Source: Myxococcota bacterium (GTDB lineage: Bacteria; Myxococcota; XYA12-FULL-58-9; JALHOP01). Taken from it: 64,000 bases of DNA. Where the stretch lies: positions 21,754 through 85,753 of the forward strand of contig JBGGMJ010000022.1 in NCBI GenBank assembly GCA_041288095.1, written 5' to 3'. Position numbers and translations under genes: made by a program. Of the stretch, positions 38,336 through 47,231 are shown piece after piece. Every line of letters starts with the position of its first letter. Position 1 is the stretch's first letter. The notes below the pieces were generated by a model. That model did not search any database. It was not told where the DNA came from and worked only from the letters and a program-made list of their open reading frames with translations.

Positions 38336-39496
38336 ATGAGTGAGATTCAAAGCCAGCCCCAGGCCCCGAAGCCGAAGAAGTCCGTCGCCTTGTCCGGTGT
38401 CGTCGCCGGTAACACCGCGCTCTGCACGGTAGGCCGCAGCGGTAACGATCTGCACTATCGCGGCTACGACATCCTCGACGTCGCCGACCGCTGCCAGTTC
38501 GAAGAGGTCGCCTACTTGCTGGTGCACGGCAAGCTGCCGACCAACGCGGAGCTCACCGGCTACAAGGCGAAGCTCAAGGCACTGCGCGGCATTCCCGCAC
38601 AGGTGAAGGCCGCGCTCGAGTCCCTGCCGGCGTCGAGCCATCCCATGGACGTCATGCGCACCGGGGTCTCCGCGCTTGGCTGCTCGCTTCCCGAAAAAGA
38701 CGACCACAACCACGCGGGTGCCCGCGACATCGCCGACCGCTTGATGGCGTCGCTCGGCTCGATGCTCCTCTATTGGTACCACTGGGCTTTCAACGGCCGG
38801 CGCATCGAGGTCGAGACCGACGATGATTCCATCGGTGGACACTTCCTGCACCTGTTGCACGGCACCGCCCCCAAGAAGTCGTGGGTCGACGCCATGCACG
38901 TGTCGCTCGTCCTCTATGCCGAGCACGAGTTCAACGCGTCGACCTTCGCGTCACGCGTCATTGCGGGCACCGGCTCCGACATCTACTCGTGCATCACCGG
39001 CGGCATCGGTGCCTTGCGCGGGCCGAAGCACGGCGGCGCCAACGAAGTCGCCTTCGACATCCAGAAGCGTTACGAGACTCCCGACGAGGCCGAGAAGGAC
39101 ATCGTCGAGCGCGTCGCCCGCAAAGAGGTCGTCATCGGCTTTGGTCACCCCGTCTACACGGTCAGCGACCCGCGTAACAAAGTGATCAAGGAAGTCGCCC
39201 GCCGCCTCTCGAAAGAGGCAGGCAGCACGAAGATGTTCGACATCGCCGAGCGCCTCGAGGCAGTGATGTGGCGCGAGAAGAAGATGTTCCCGAACCTCGA
39301 TTGGTTCAGCGCCGTCAGCTACCACGTCATGGGCGTACCAACGACGTTCTTCACGCCGCTGTTCGTCATCTCGCGCACGAGTGGCTGGAGCGCGCACGTC
39401 ATCGAGCAACGCATCGACGGGAAGATCATCAGGCCGACAGCGAACTACACGGGGCCGGAAGATCGGAAATACGTGCCAATCGAGCAGAGGCAGTAG
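38336..39496 (+). CDS. prpC: 2-methylcitrate synthase
   Basis: KKSVALSG...GNTALCTVG...[32 protein letters not shown] and FPNLDW. Confidence 0.92.
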   Translation: MSEIQSQPQAPKPKKSVALSGVVAGNTALCTVGRSGNDLHYRGYDILDVADRCQFEEVAYLLVHGKLPTNAELTGYKAKLKALRGIPAQVKAALESLPASSHPMDVMRTGVSALGCSLPEKDDHNHAGARDIADRLMASLGSMLLYWYHWAFNGRRIEVETDDDSIGGHFLHLLHGTAPKKSWVDAMHVSLVLYAEHEFNASTFASRVIAGTGSDIYSCITGGIGALRGPKHGGANEVAFDIQKRYETPDEAEKDIVERVARKEVVIGFGHPVYTVSDPRNKVIKEVARRLSKEAGSTKMFDIAERLEAVMWREKKMFPNLDWFSAVSYHVMGVPTTFFTPLFVISRTSGWSAHVIEQRIDGKIIRPTANYTGPEDRKYVPIEQRQ

Positions 39497-39537
39497 CGCT
39501 TTTTGCCGATTGCCGATCTCCGAGCGGCCATCACCGA

Positions 39538-40806
39538 TCAGCTCTTCGGATCGAGGATCCGCCCCACGAACAGCGCCTCGCCGTTCCTGGTGTCGCGGAT
39601 CACCACCATGAACGGGTGATCGGCGCGGAACTTCACCGGCTCGTCGGTCGGCCGGGCGGCTCCAGCCTCCATCATGACCGCTGTAGCGGCCGCCGCTTCG
39701 GTGCCTTTCTCGTCGACCGCGACGAAGGCCTGGTGCATGACCTTCGAGATGAAGAGCTCGTGGGTGCCGTCCATGCCCGAGAAGTCCGCGTCCGGGTATT
39801 TGAAGGCCCGCTTCATGCCCATGGCCTCGAGCACCTTCGCGAGCTCGAGTGACACCTTGGTCTTGAACGAGGGCATGGCGACATCGACGCGCCGGTGCTC
39901 GAGCCTCGCGAGCCAACCGTCGAAAGCCCCCGCGGCGAAGCGCTTCTCGACCTCGGCAAGCCCATCGCGCGCCGTGGGCAAGACGATGTCCATGGCGAGG
40001 GCGCCCTCACCATAGGGCATTTCGAGCATCAAGCCGTTGTCGATGCGGGCGACGCGAAAGCGGTCGAGCTGGTGCATCATCGGGACCTGCTTCGATCCGT
40101 CGGGAGCATGGAAAGCCTCCGGTCTCGTGGCCTGCGTTTCGAATTGCTTCGACCACTGGCCCTTGAAGTACACGGCGTTGGTGATCACGAGCTTGGTATC
40201 GGCGGGAATGGTGCCCGCGGGGATGAGCTCTTCGATCTTCTTCTCCGTCTGGTCACTCACCCACTTGTTGATGGCGACGCGGCTCGGCTCGACGGCACTC
40301 TTGAAATCGAGGGTCTCGAGCGGTGCGCCGTAGCGGTCCGTCAAGTTCGTCAAGAACGCCTCGTTGAAGGTGCGTCCCTTCTGACCCCAGAGGCGGTTCA
40401 CCACTCGCAAGACGATGCGGCGTCGCTCGAGCTCCGCTTCGGCGTACTTTTGCGTCTGCGGATCGTTCGACTGTGTCGCCCAGCTCGGCATTTGCGGGTC
40501 GGCGAGGGCCTTCCAGTCGGCGCGGAGCTTGGCGATGCCCGCCGCGGGATCGTCGCCCAAGCCGAGCACCTTCTTCATCTCGTCGGCGGTCTCGCCCACG
40601 GCACCGGCCTGCGCCATGGCCATCGCCATGCGGATGCTGGTCGGCGAGTAGAAGAGGTTACCCTTCTTGGTCATGAGCTCGCCGTGCAGGCGCGCGGTGA
40701 AATCGACTTTGTCGGGTGCCGAAGGCAACGCTGCTTTCTCGCGGGGTGCCGCCGAGGCGGTCGAATGGCCGAGCAGCAGCAAGATCGCCGAAAGCAGTCG
40801 TCGCAT
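39538..40806 (-). CDS. serpin family protein, secreted
   Basis: Signal peptide; NLFYSPTSI, INKWVS..T..KI, NAVYFKGQW, EKGTEAAAAT hinge and FRADHPF. Confidence 0.95.
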   Translation of the reverse strand: MRRLLSAILLLLGHSTASAAPREKAALPSAPDKVDFTARLHGELMTKKGNLFYSPTSIRMAMAMAQAGAVGETADEMKKVLGLGDDPAAGIAKLRADWKALADPQMPSWATQSNDPQTQKYAEAELERRRIVLRVVNRLWGQKGRTFNEAFLTNLTDRYGAPLETLDFKSAVEPSRVAINKWVSDQTEKKIEELIPAGTIPADTKLVITNAVYFKGQWSKQFETQATRPEAFHAPDGSKQVPMMHQLDRFRVARIDNGLMLEMPYGEGALAMDIVLPTARDGLAEVEKRFAAGAFDGWLARLEHRRVDVAMPSFKTKVSLELAKVLEAMGMKRAFKYPDADFSGMDGTHELFISKVMHQAFVAVDEKGTEAAAATAVMMEAGAARPTDEPVKFRADHPFMVVIRDTRNGEALFVGRILDPKS

Positions 40807-40895
40807 GCCGCGACGCTACCTCAAGGCATCGGGCCGTTACAGCGTGGCCCGCGTCGCCAGGTGGCACTCTCCGTATGATCGGCTAAAGAGGAGCC

Positions 40896-41555
40896 TTGGC
40901 CAGCGAGTTCCTCACGCGTGACGACGCTTTGCCGCCCGAGACGCTCGTGGCGATGCGAGCCTGGCTGGCCGGGAGCGATCTGGTGGGCGCGAGCCCCTTG
41001 AAGGGCACCTTCCGAGCGAGCCGCGGCTTTGCCATCACCTTTACGCGTGCGGGTATCGGCGAGCTCGAAAGGCGGTTCCCCGCGCTTCGACCTTTCGTCG
41101 ACACCGGCGTGCTGGCGCGCCCATGGCGAGCGCTCCATGGCCCCCTCGGCTGGTTGCGCGAGACCCGCGCCTTCTACCTCAATGTCTTGGTCGTGCCCGC
41201 TGGAGCGAACGTCGCGCGCCATGTCGATGCCACCCTCGGCCCGCGGCTCGGCGCCGCCACCCTGACGCCGCTCGCGGTCAGCGTCCTCTACCTCGACACG
41301 CCGCCGGGTGGCTTCCTGCGCTTGTGGCGGGGCAAGGACCAGGTCGCCGAGCTCGTTCCCAAGCCTGGACGTTTCGTCTGCTTTCGCGGAGACCTCGCGC
41401 ACGAGGTCGCGGTCGTCGAAGGCGAAGGTGAGCGCCTGAGCATCGTCTGCGAACAGTACGGCTGCTCGCGCCGCGAGGCCGCGCGCGTCCCACCCTTCGA
41501 GGTGAATTCGCACGGCCGCTTCGGACGCGTGCTCGAGCGCATCGCCGCCAAGTAG
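40896..41555 (+). CDS. 2OG-Fe(II) oxygenase family protein
   Basis: HVD...H(EV)...R.S pattern; GAGGAG RBS before TTG. Confidence 0.8.
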   Translation: MASEFLTRDDALPPETLVAMRAWLAGSDLVGASPLKGTFRASRGFAITFTRAGIGELERRFPALRPFVDTGVLARPWRALHGPLGWLRETRAFYLNVLVVPAGANVARHVDATLGPRLGAATLTPLAVSVLYLDTPPGGFLRLWRGKDQVAELVPKPGRFVCFRGDLAHEVAVVEGEGERLSIVCEQYGCSRREAARVPPFEVNSHGRFGRVLERIAAK

Positions 41556-41560
41556 CCGAG

Positions 41561-41806
41561 CTATTTCTGGTACTTCGATTTCCACTCGGCGTACGGCATG
41601 CCGTAGATGGTGGCGCGTGCTTCTTCGTCGGGCATGGCGATGCCCTGCGCCTCCGCGGCCTCGCGATACCAGCGTGACAAGCAGTTGCGGCAGAAGCCGG
41701 CGAGATCCATGAGCGCGAGGTTCTGTACGTCGGTGCGCTCGCGCAGGTGCTCGACCAGTCGGCGGAAGGCGGCGGCTTCGAGCTCGGTGCGGGTACGGTC
41801 ATCCAT
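41561..41806 (-). CDS. DUF1244 family protein
   Basis: ELEAAAFRRLVEHLRERTDVQN.LM.LAGFCRNCLSRWY...YGMPY.EWK. Confidence 0.85.
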   Translation of the reverse strand: MDDRTRTELEAAAFRRLVEHLRERTDVQNLALMDLAGFCRNCLSRWYREAAEAQGIAMPDEEARATIYGMPYAEWKSKYQK

Positions 41807-41824
41807 GGTGGGAGTCCTCGCGGG

Positions 41825-42451
41825 TCAAGCGGAGCCCGTCAAGCCCGCGGCCATCGAAACGCGGCGTGTCGCAACACCCGCGAAGGCGCCACCCACGAGG
41901 CGCTCGTCGTGCGTCACGTGAATCAAGGTGAAGCGTCGCGCGTGGTACTGCGCTTCGAGCAAAGTCAGGGCGGCGGCGCGGCTCGCGTCGTCGAGCGAGG
42001 CGAAGGGCTCGTCGAGCAACAAGATGTCGGGCTCGGTGGCCAGGGCACGCGCCAGCGCGACGCGGCTCTGCTCACCGCGCGACAGGGTCGGAGTCCGACG
42101 CCCGAGCAGATGCTCGATGCCGCAGGCGGCCGCTATCGCTGTCGGGTCGAAGGTCTTTTCACGCGCGTATGTGACGTTATCGCGGACGCCCAGGTGCCCG
42201 AAAAGGCCGAGTGATTGAGGCACCCAGGCGCAGCGCCGCTCGTGCGTCGGGACCTTCGCGACATCGACCTCGCGCAAGATGACTCGTCCCGTGTCGACGC
42301 GCCGCAAGCCCACGATGGTTTCGAGGAGCAGGCTCTTGCCGGCACCGGAAGGCCCTGTGAGCAAAATGTGCTCGCCAGCCGCGACCTCGAGGTCGACGGG
42401 CCCGAGGTGGAATTCGCCGGCGGTGACGCGCAGGCCTTCGAGGCGGATCAT
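41825..42451 (-). CDS. ABC importer ATP-binding subunit (molybdate/tungstate type)
   Basis: GPSGAGKS, LSRGE, LLLDEPF and VTHD; start ATG 42451 overlapping the permease stop. Confidence 0.85.
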   Translation of the reverse strand: MIRLEGLRVTAGEFHLGPVDLEVAAGEHILLTGPSGAGKSLLLETIVGLRRVDTGRVILREVDVAKVPTHERRCAWVPQSLGLFGHLGVRDNVTYAREKTFDPTAIAAACGIEHLLGRRTPTLSRGEQSRVALARALATEPDILLLDEPFASLDDASRAAALTLLEAQYHARRFTLIHVTHDERLVGGAFAGVATRRVSMAAGLTGSA

Positions 42452-43230
42452 CGCTCGAGCTCCTGCACGCGGGGTTCGCCACGCGCGAGCCAGCGTAGGG
42501 CCAAGAACACCGCAAGACAGGTGAGCATCAGCAAGCTCGCGGGCGCCAAAGCGGCGCCCATGCCGTGTGAGCTGAAGCGATCCCAGATGAGCACCGGCGC
42601 GGTGCGCGGGTAGTAGGCGAAGACGACGACCGAGCCGAACTCGCTGACGGCTCGCGCCCACGCAAGCACGGCACCGGCGCGGATCTGCGGCCAAGCAAGG
42701 GGCAGCTCGATGGTGAGGAAGCGCCGCCATGGCGGAGCTCCCAGAGTGGCCGCCACGTTCACGGTGCTCATGGGTACCGCGCGGAAGCCCTCGAGCGCGG
42801 CCTTGACCACGAAAGGCGCGGACACCACCAACATGCACAAGACGATGCCGGGCGCGGCGGAGGCGATGGCGACACCGAAGCGACCTTCGAGCGCCGCGCC
42901 GAGCAAACGACCGCGCGCCAACACGAGCAGCAAGCCGATGCCGATGATCGGATGGGGGACGACGACCGGTAGGTCGAGCAATGCCTCGATGGCGCCACGT
43001 CCGCGTACGAGCCGGCGCGCCAACACGTAGCCGGCGGCACCGCCGAGCACCAGCGCGAGCATCGTGGCGATGGCGGCGCAAGCGAGGCTCGTCGCCACCG
43101 CCAAGACCACGTCAGCGTCCGTCGCGGCGGAGAGAACGTCCGCCGGTGAGGCGCCGAAGAGCAGCGCCGCGAGCGGAGTCAAGGTGAGCAGGGCCAGCGT
43201 CGCGGCGAGCAGCAGGAACAAGCGGTTCAC
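42448..43230 (-). CDS. ABC importer permease (ModB/WtpB-like)
   Basis: DLPVVVPHPIIGIGLL and WARAVSEFG motifs; GTG 43230 overlapping the upstream stop. Confidence 0.85.
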   Translation of the reverse strand: MNRLFLLLAATLALLTLTPLAALLFGASPADVLSAATDADVVLAVATSLACAAIATMLALVLGGAAGYVLARRLVRGRGAIEALLDLPVVVPHPIIGIGLLLVLARGRLLGAALEGRFGVAIASAAPGIVLCMLVVSAPFVVKAALEGFRAVPMSTVNVAATLGAPPWRRFLTIELPLAWPQIRAGAVLAWARAVSEFGSVVVFAYYPRTAPVLIWDRFSSHGMGAALAPASLLMLTCLAVFLALRWLARGEPRVQELER

Positions 43231-44078
43231 CGCGTCCCGCTTTCCACCACCGGCTCGTCGAGCATGGTCAGGAAGTGCCGCGCGGCAACACGGCGGCCGG
43301 CGTCCGAGAGAAGAAGGGCGAGGAGGGCGTGGCCTTGCTCCTGGTGCCGGGCGCCGCGGGGTACGGTGGCGGCATAGAAGGTCGTCGTGCTGCCGTCGAT
43401 GCGGGGGTCGAGCGCGGCATAGGCCAAACCGTACTGTTTCGCTTCGCTTTCGTACACGAAGGCGGCGTCGACGTCCCGGGTCTCGAGTGGCGCGATGAGC
43501 TTGGCGACATCGGGTCGCATGAAGCGCTTCTGCAAGCGCGCCGCTACGGTCGCGCCGACCCGTAGGCTCTCGTCGGTGACGAGCGCGTCGTTGTCGCGCA
43601 GAGCCGCGAGCGTACGAGCGCCGACCGGTGCTTGTCCGGGGTCGGCGAAGCCGATGCGTAGGTCGGGTGTGGCGACGACATGCTGCCATGGTTCGTCCGC
43701 GAGGCGCTTGCCGACGTTGCTGTCGCGCGGCGCGGCGACGACCAGCCGGTTGCCGGCGAAACGCGTCAGCCGCTCGGTTGCGCCCGGCATCATGAGCTCG
43801 CGCATCAGGTCCGCATCCGCGGACACGACGAGGTCGGCGGCGCGCCCTTCGACGGTCACCTTACCGCAGGCTGTCCGCGAGCTCGAAAGCTCGACCTCGA
43901 GGTGAAAACCCGGCTGTTGCGACGCGAAGAGCGGCGCCAGGCCTTCGAGCGTCGGGCCCATGGAAGCGGCGGCGAACACCGACACCGCCTCTGACCCGCC
44001 GCGACAACCGCAGAGAAGCACGAGCAATAACAAGACTGCGCGGCGCTGTGCGCTGTGAGGTCGATACCGCGGCCACAT
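43227..44078 (-). CDS. molybdate/tungstate ABC substrate-binding lipoprotein (ModA/WtpA-like)
   Basis: LCG-C lipobox, VFAAASM, ADLVVSAD, GNRLV, DP..APVG and FVYESEA; start uncertain. Confidence 0.8.
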   Translation of the reverse strand: MWPRYRPHSAQRRAVLLLLVLLCGCRGGSEAVSVFAAASMGPTLEGLAPLFASQQPGFHLEVELSSSRTACGKVTVEGRAADLVVSADADLMRELMMPGATERLTRFAGNRLVVAAPRDSNVGKRLADEPWQHVVATPDLRIGFADPGQAPVGARTLAALRDNDALVTDESLRVGATVAARLQKRFMRPDVAKLIAPLETRDVDAAFVYESEAKQYGLAYAALDPRIDGSTTTFYAATVPRGARHQEQGHALLALLLSDAGRRVAARHFLTMLDEPVVESGTR

Positions 44079-44125
44079 GGTACCCGGCACCATCGTGAAG
44101 ATCGCCGAAGCGATCAAGCCCGTCA

Positions 44126-47100
44126 CTACGGACAAACCCCGAGCACGTCCGCTCCAGCGTCCGCCCCATCGAGTATCCGCGTCGCGCCGTCGATGTCGCG
44201 GATGTCAGCGATGCCAAGCTCGGCGGCCGTGATGTGGGTGACGCGTCCGGCTTGCGGTCCCAGCGGATCACCATGGATTGCGTCCGAACAAAACAGTGGC
44301 GGCTCCGGATAGTTGCCTTCGGCCGTCCCGGGAAACAATGCGTTGATGCCGCTCTCGTCGAGCGAGTCGTAGCTCTGCGGCGGTAGCACGTCGTCGTTCG
44401 ACGGGTCTTCGAAGCGCACCATGAGCGCCGAGAGGCTGCTCGGATTCTCGACGCCGTACACGTTATCCACCAAAGCGGTCACACCGAGCTCGGCGCCGGT
44501 GTTGGCATGCTCGACCACCAAAGGTGCCGCCCTGACGTCGCCGCCCCCGAAGCTTTGGTCGAAGACACCGAAGCCGTTCGCGAGCAGCAACAGCGGGTCG
44601 GCGTGGGCGACGTGCATCAAGTAGAAGCCGGTCGCGAAGGCTTGGTCGCAGCTCGACGCCGTACAACTCGCGACCCGCACGTTGTTGAAGGCGATGGTGG
44701 CGGCGGTGGTGAAGGCGAGGACACCGACGTTGGCGGCGCTCTGCTTCAAGTTGATGACGTTGTCGTCGATGACGGTGACCTTGTCGGCGGCTTGCGCGGT
44801 CGCGGTGTACTTGCCCGAGAGGCGCACGCCGACCGCCAGCGTGCTGGGTGCATCCACCGTCACGATGTTGCGCGCGACTCGGAGGCCGAGGGAGCCGAAC
44901 GTGGAGGCCCGCCGCGAACCGTCCTGGACGCCGATGAGTCGCACCGCCGAGCTCGGCGTTGCGTCTTCGACCCGAACCACGGAGTCGGCGAGGGTGACGT
45001 CACGCGTGAGCAGGGTGACGACGCCGGCCATGGTGGGGACGGGCTCGTTTTCGCTGGTGCCTAGCTGGCAAGCGACCGTGGTGCTGCTGATCTGAGCGGT
45101 GTCGGTACCGAACAAACCGATACAGGCGCGCAGTGGCACCTCTCCGACGTTGTTCACGGAGAGCACACCGGAGTAGCTGGCGTTGCTCACGCTGAGTAGC
45201 GTCGATCCGTAGCTGCCGCCTCCAGGAGCAGTCGCGATGTCATCGTTCGCGAGGTTCATCTGCCCGTCGATCAACGCCCCGGCGATCCACGCGGCGGCGA
45301 GATCGGCCATGCTCACCGAGCCGCCCGTGATGGCGACGCCCGTGGTGCGCATGAGACGCACACCCGCGATGCGGGCGACGGTCCAGCCGTTCACCGGCCG
45401 GACACCGGGCGCGGGCACGACGGTCACCATCACGTTGGTGACCTCGGCACGACGCGAGTCGCGCAGGACGACGCCCGCCGCTTCGCCCACGAAGTGGGTA
45501 CCCACCCTGACCGCGATGACGGCGTTGGCGAGCGATGCTCGGTACGAGCCGAGGCCGACGAGCGCGTTGGTGACGTCTGGCTGAGGTGTCTCGTAGCCGT
45601 CGCTCCAACCGGCGGCGAACGAGGCCGGCGCACCAGCGTTCGCGGACACCGTGACGTCGATGTTCAAGCCGTCGCAGCTCATGCCCGCGACGTCGTTGAC
45701 CGAGTTGCCGAGGTCCATGGTGAGCAGCCCGTAGGCCTGGCGGGCCGAAACAGTGAGCGTCGAGCGTTGGCTCACGCTGGGAGCGAGGAAAGCCACATGA
45801 CCCGTCCCAAGCGCCGCGACGCCGACGGCGAGGCGCGCTTTGGAGACGTTGATGGTGGTGCCGACGAGGGTCAGGCTCCCCGACGAGCCGCAGGTGGTGC
45901 CCGCCTCCGGTATGCAGCCGCCGAGGTCGAGGGTGCTGGCGTTGCCATCGGTGATCCCGAACGCAAGAGAGTCGGGGGCGCGTGCAAGGTCTGCGGTCTC
46001 GGCGTCGCTCCTCGCAATGATGGTCGAGCCCTGGATGCGGACGTCACCGGCGCGCAAGAGGCGGACACCCGTCACCGCGTGCGCACCTTCATTGATGGTC
46101 GTCCCCGACAGCACCGCGTTCATGCCGTTGAGCAGCGTCACGCCCACCGAAGCAAAGCCGGTGAGGGCGCCGCGGATGGATACGGCGTTGGTCGTAAGCA
46201 GCGGCCTGACATTGCCGTCGCCGCCGTTCGCGCGGACGCTATAGTAGACAGCACCGGCCGCCCCGGTGTTCACGGCGGAGCCAGTGCTCGGGCTGACGCC
46301 CAGATCCACGTTGGTGAGCGTGAGATTCGTCGCTGTCGCATCCACGAGCACGCATTCGCCGAGGCAGGGCACGACGCGGTAGACCGCGAGGTTTGCGAGC
46401 GTGACGGTGTCGCTCGGCGATGGCGCGGCGACCGCCACGCGTGGGTCGCTCCCCTGGCCGAGGGGCGCCGCCAAGGCGATCTCGCTACGCGCGGCCGGGG
46501 CTGGCGTCCCCCAGCTGATGGAGCCACGGGTATAGCCGCCGCGCACGGTGATGCTGCGGTCGATGAGCAGATCGCCGTCGAGCTGCTGCACGCCGACGGT
46601 CGCGAGACTCGCCTCGGCGAGCTGATAGTCCGCCGCCGCGAGCAAGGCGGCGCGCAGGTTGCAGAAGGGTAGCTCGGGCGTGCCTTGCGCGGCGTCGCTC
46701 GCCGCATCGTAGGTCGCTGCGCAGGGGGGCGCCGTGGAGACGTAGGCGCCGACGTCGCGGATGACGAGCCGCGCCGACGCCGAGCCCTCGCCGGTTCCGT
46801 CACTCACGGTGAGCGTGACCCCGCATTCGCCGCCGGCCGTGAGGTTGGATAGACGCAATTCGACCGCGTCGGTCGCGCCGACGACGCTGCCGGCACAGTC
46901 CGCTCCGACGGACCACGCATAGGTAAGCGGATCGAGATCCGCATCGACGGAGTCGGCCGCGCTGATGAGGACGGTGGTGCGCGCGCCGACACGCAGGTTG
47001 CCTTCACCATCGACACCGCGGATACGCGCGATTGGCGCCTCATTCGCGAGGCAAGCGTCGTCCTCGCAGGTATCACCCGCCTGAAAGCTGCAAGCAGTGG

Positions 47101-47143
47101 CCACCGCGCAAGCCACTGCGATCAGGCAACGCATGATCCGCAC
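44126..47143 (-). CDS. large lipoprotein with PKD/Ig-like N-terminus and probable parallel beta-helix
   Basis: ATA-C lipobox; APIA...DSVDADLDPLTYAWS; GTPELPFCNLRAAL; long Gly/Ala/Val/Thr beta-repeat region; DIDG.TR...DAGAD C-terminus. Confidence 0.7.
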   Translation of the reverse strand: MRIMRCLIAVACAVATACSFQAGDTCEDDACLANEAPIARIRGVDGEGNLRVGARTTVLISAADSVDADLDPLTYAWSVGADCAGSVVGATDAVELRLSNLTAGGECGVTLTVSDGTGEGSASARLVIRDVGAYVSTAPPCAATYDAASDAAQGTPELPFCNLRAALLAAADYQLAEASLATVGVQQLDGDLLIDRSITVRGGYTRGSISWGTPAPAARSEIALAAPLGQGSDPRVAVAAPSPSDTVTLANLAVYRVVPCLGECVLVDATATNLTLTNVDLGVSPSTGSAVNTGAAGAVYYSVRANGGDGNVRPLLTTNAVSIRGALTGFASVGVTLLNGMNAVLSGTTINEGAHAVTGVRLLRAGDVRIQGSTIIARSDAETADLARAPDSLAFGITDGNASTLDLGGCIPEAGTTCGSSGSLTLVGTTINVSKARLAVGVAALGTGHVAFLAPSVSQRSTLTVSARQAYGLLTMDLGNSVNDVAGMSCDGLNIDVTVSANAGAPASFAAGWSDGYETPQPDVTNALVGLGSYRASLANAVIAVRVGTHFVGEAAGVVLRDSRRAEVTNVMVTVVPAPGVRPVNGWTVARIAGVRLMRTTGVAITGGSVSMADLAAAWIAGALIDGQMNLANDDIATAPGGGSYGSTLLSVSNASYSGVLSVNNVGEVPLRACIGLFGTDTAQISSTTVACQLGTSENEPVPTMAGVVTLLTRDVTLADSVVRVEDATPSSAVRLIGVQDGSRRASTFGSLGLRVARNIVTVDAPSTLAVGVRLSGKYTATAQAADKVTVIDDNVINLKQSAANVGVLAFTTAATIAFNNVRVASCTASSCDQAFATGFYLMHVAHADPLLLLANGFGVFDQSFGGGDVRAAPLVVEHANTGAELGVTALVDNVYGVENPSSLSALMVRFEDPSNDDVLPPQSYDSLDESGINALFPGTAEGNYPEPPLFCSDAIHGDPLGPQAGRVTHITAAELGIADIRDIDGATRILDGADAGADVLGVCP

Positions 47144-47231
47144 TCATGAAACGGTGCCCGACCAGGGGCGCGTTCGCCACCCGCACACGGCAGCCCTTGG
47201 GCCCCGTGTGGGTGAACATCGCACGCCGGGG

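Noticed and set aside
47170-47220. Imperfect hairpin CACCCGCACACGG / CCGTGTGGGTG downstream of the clpX-like gene
   Set aside because: No U-tract and an imperfect stem; too weak to call a terminator or ncRNA.
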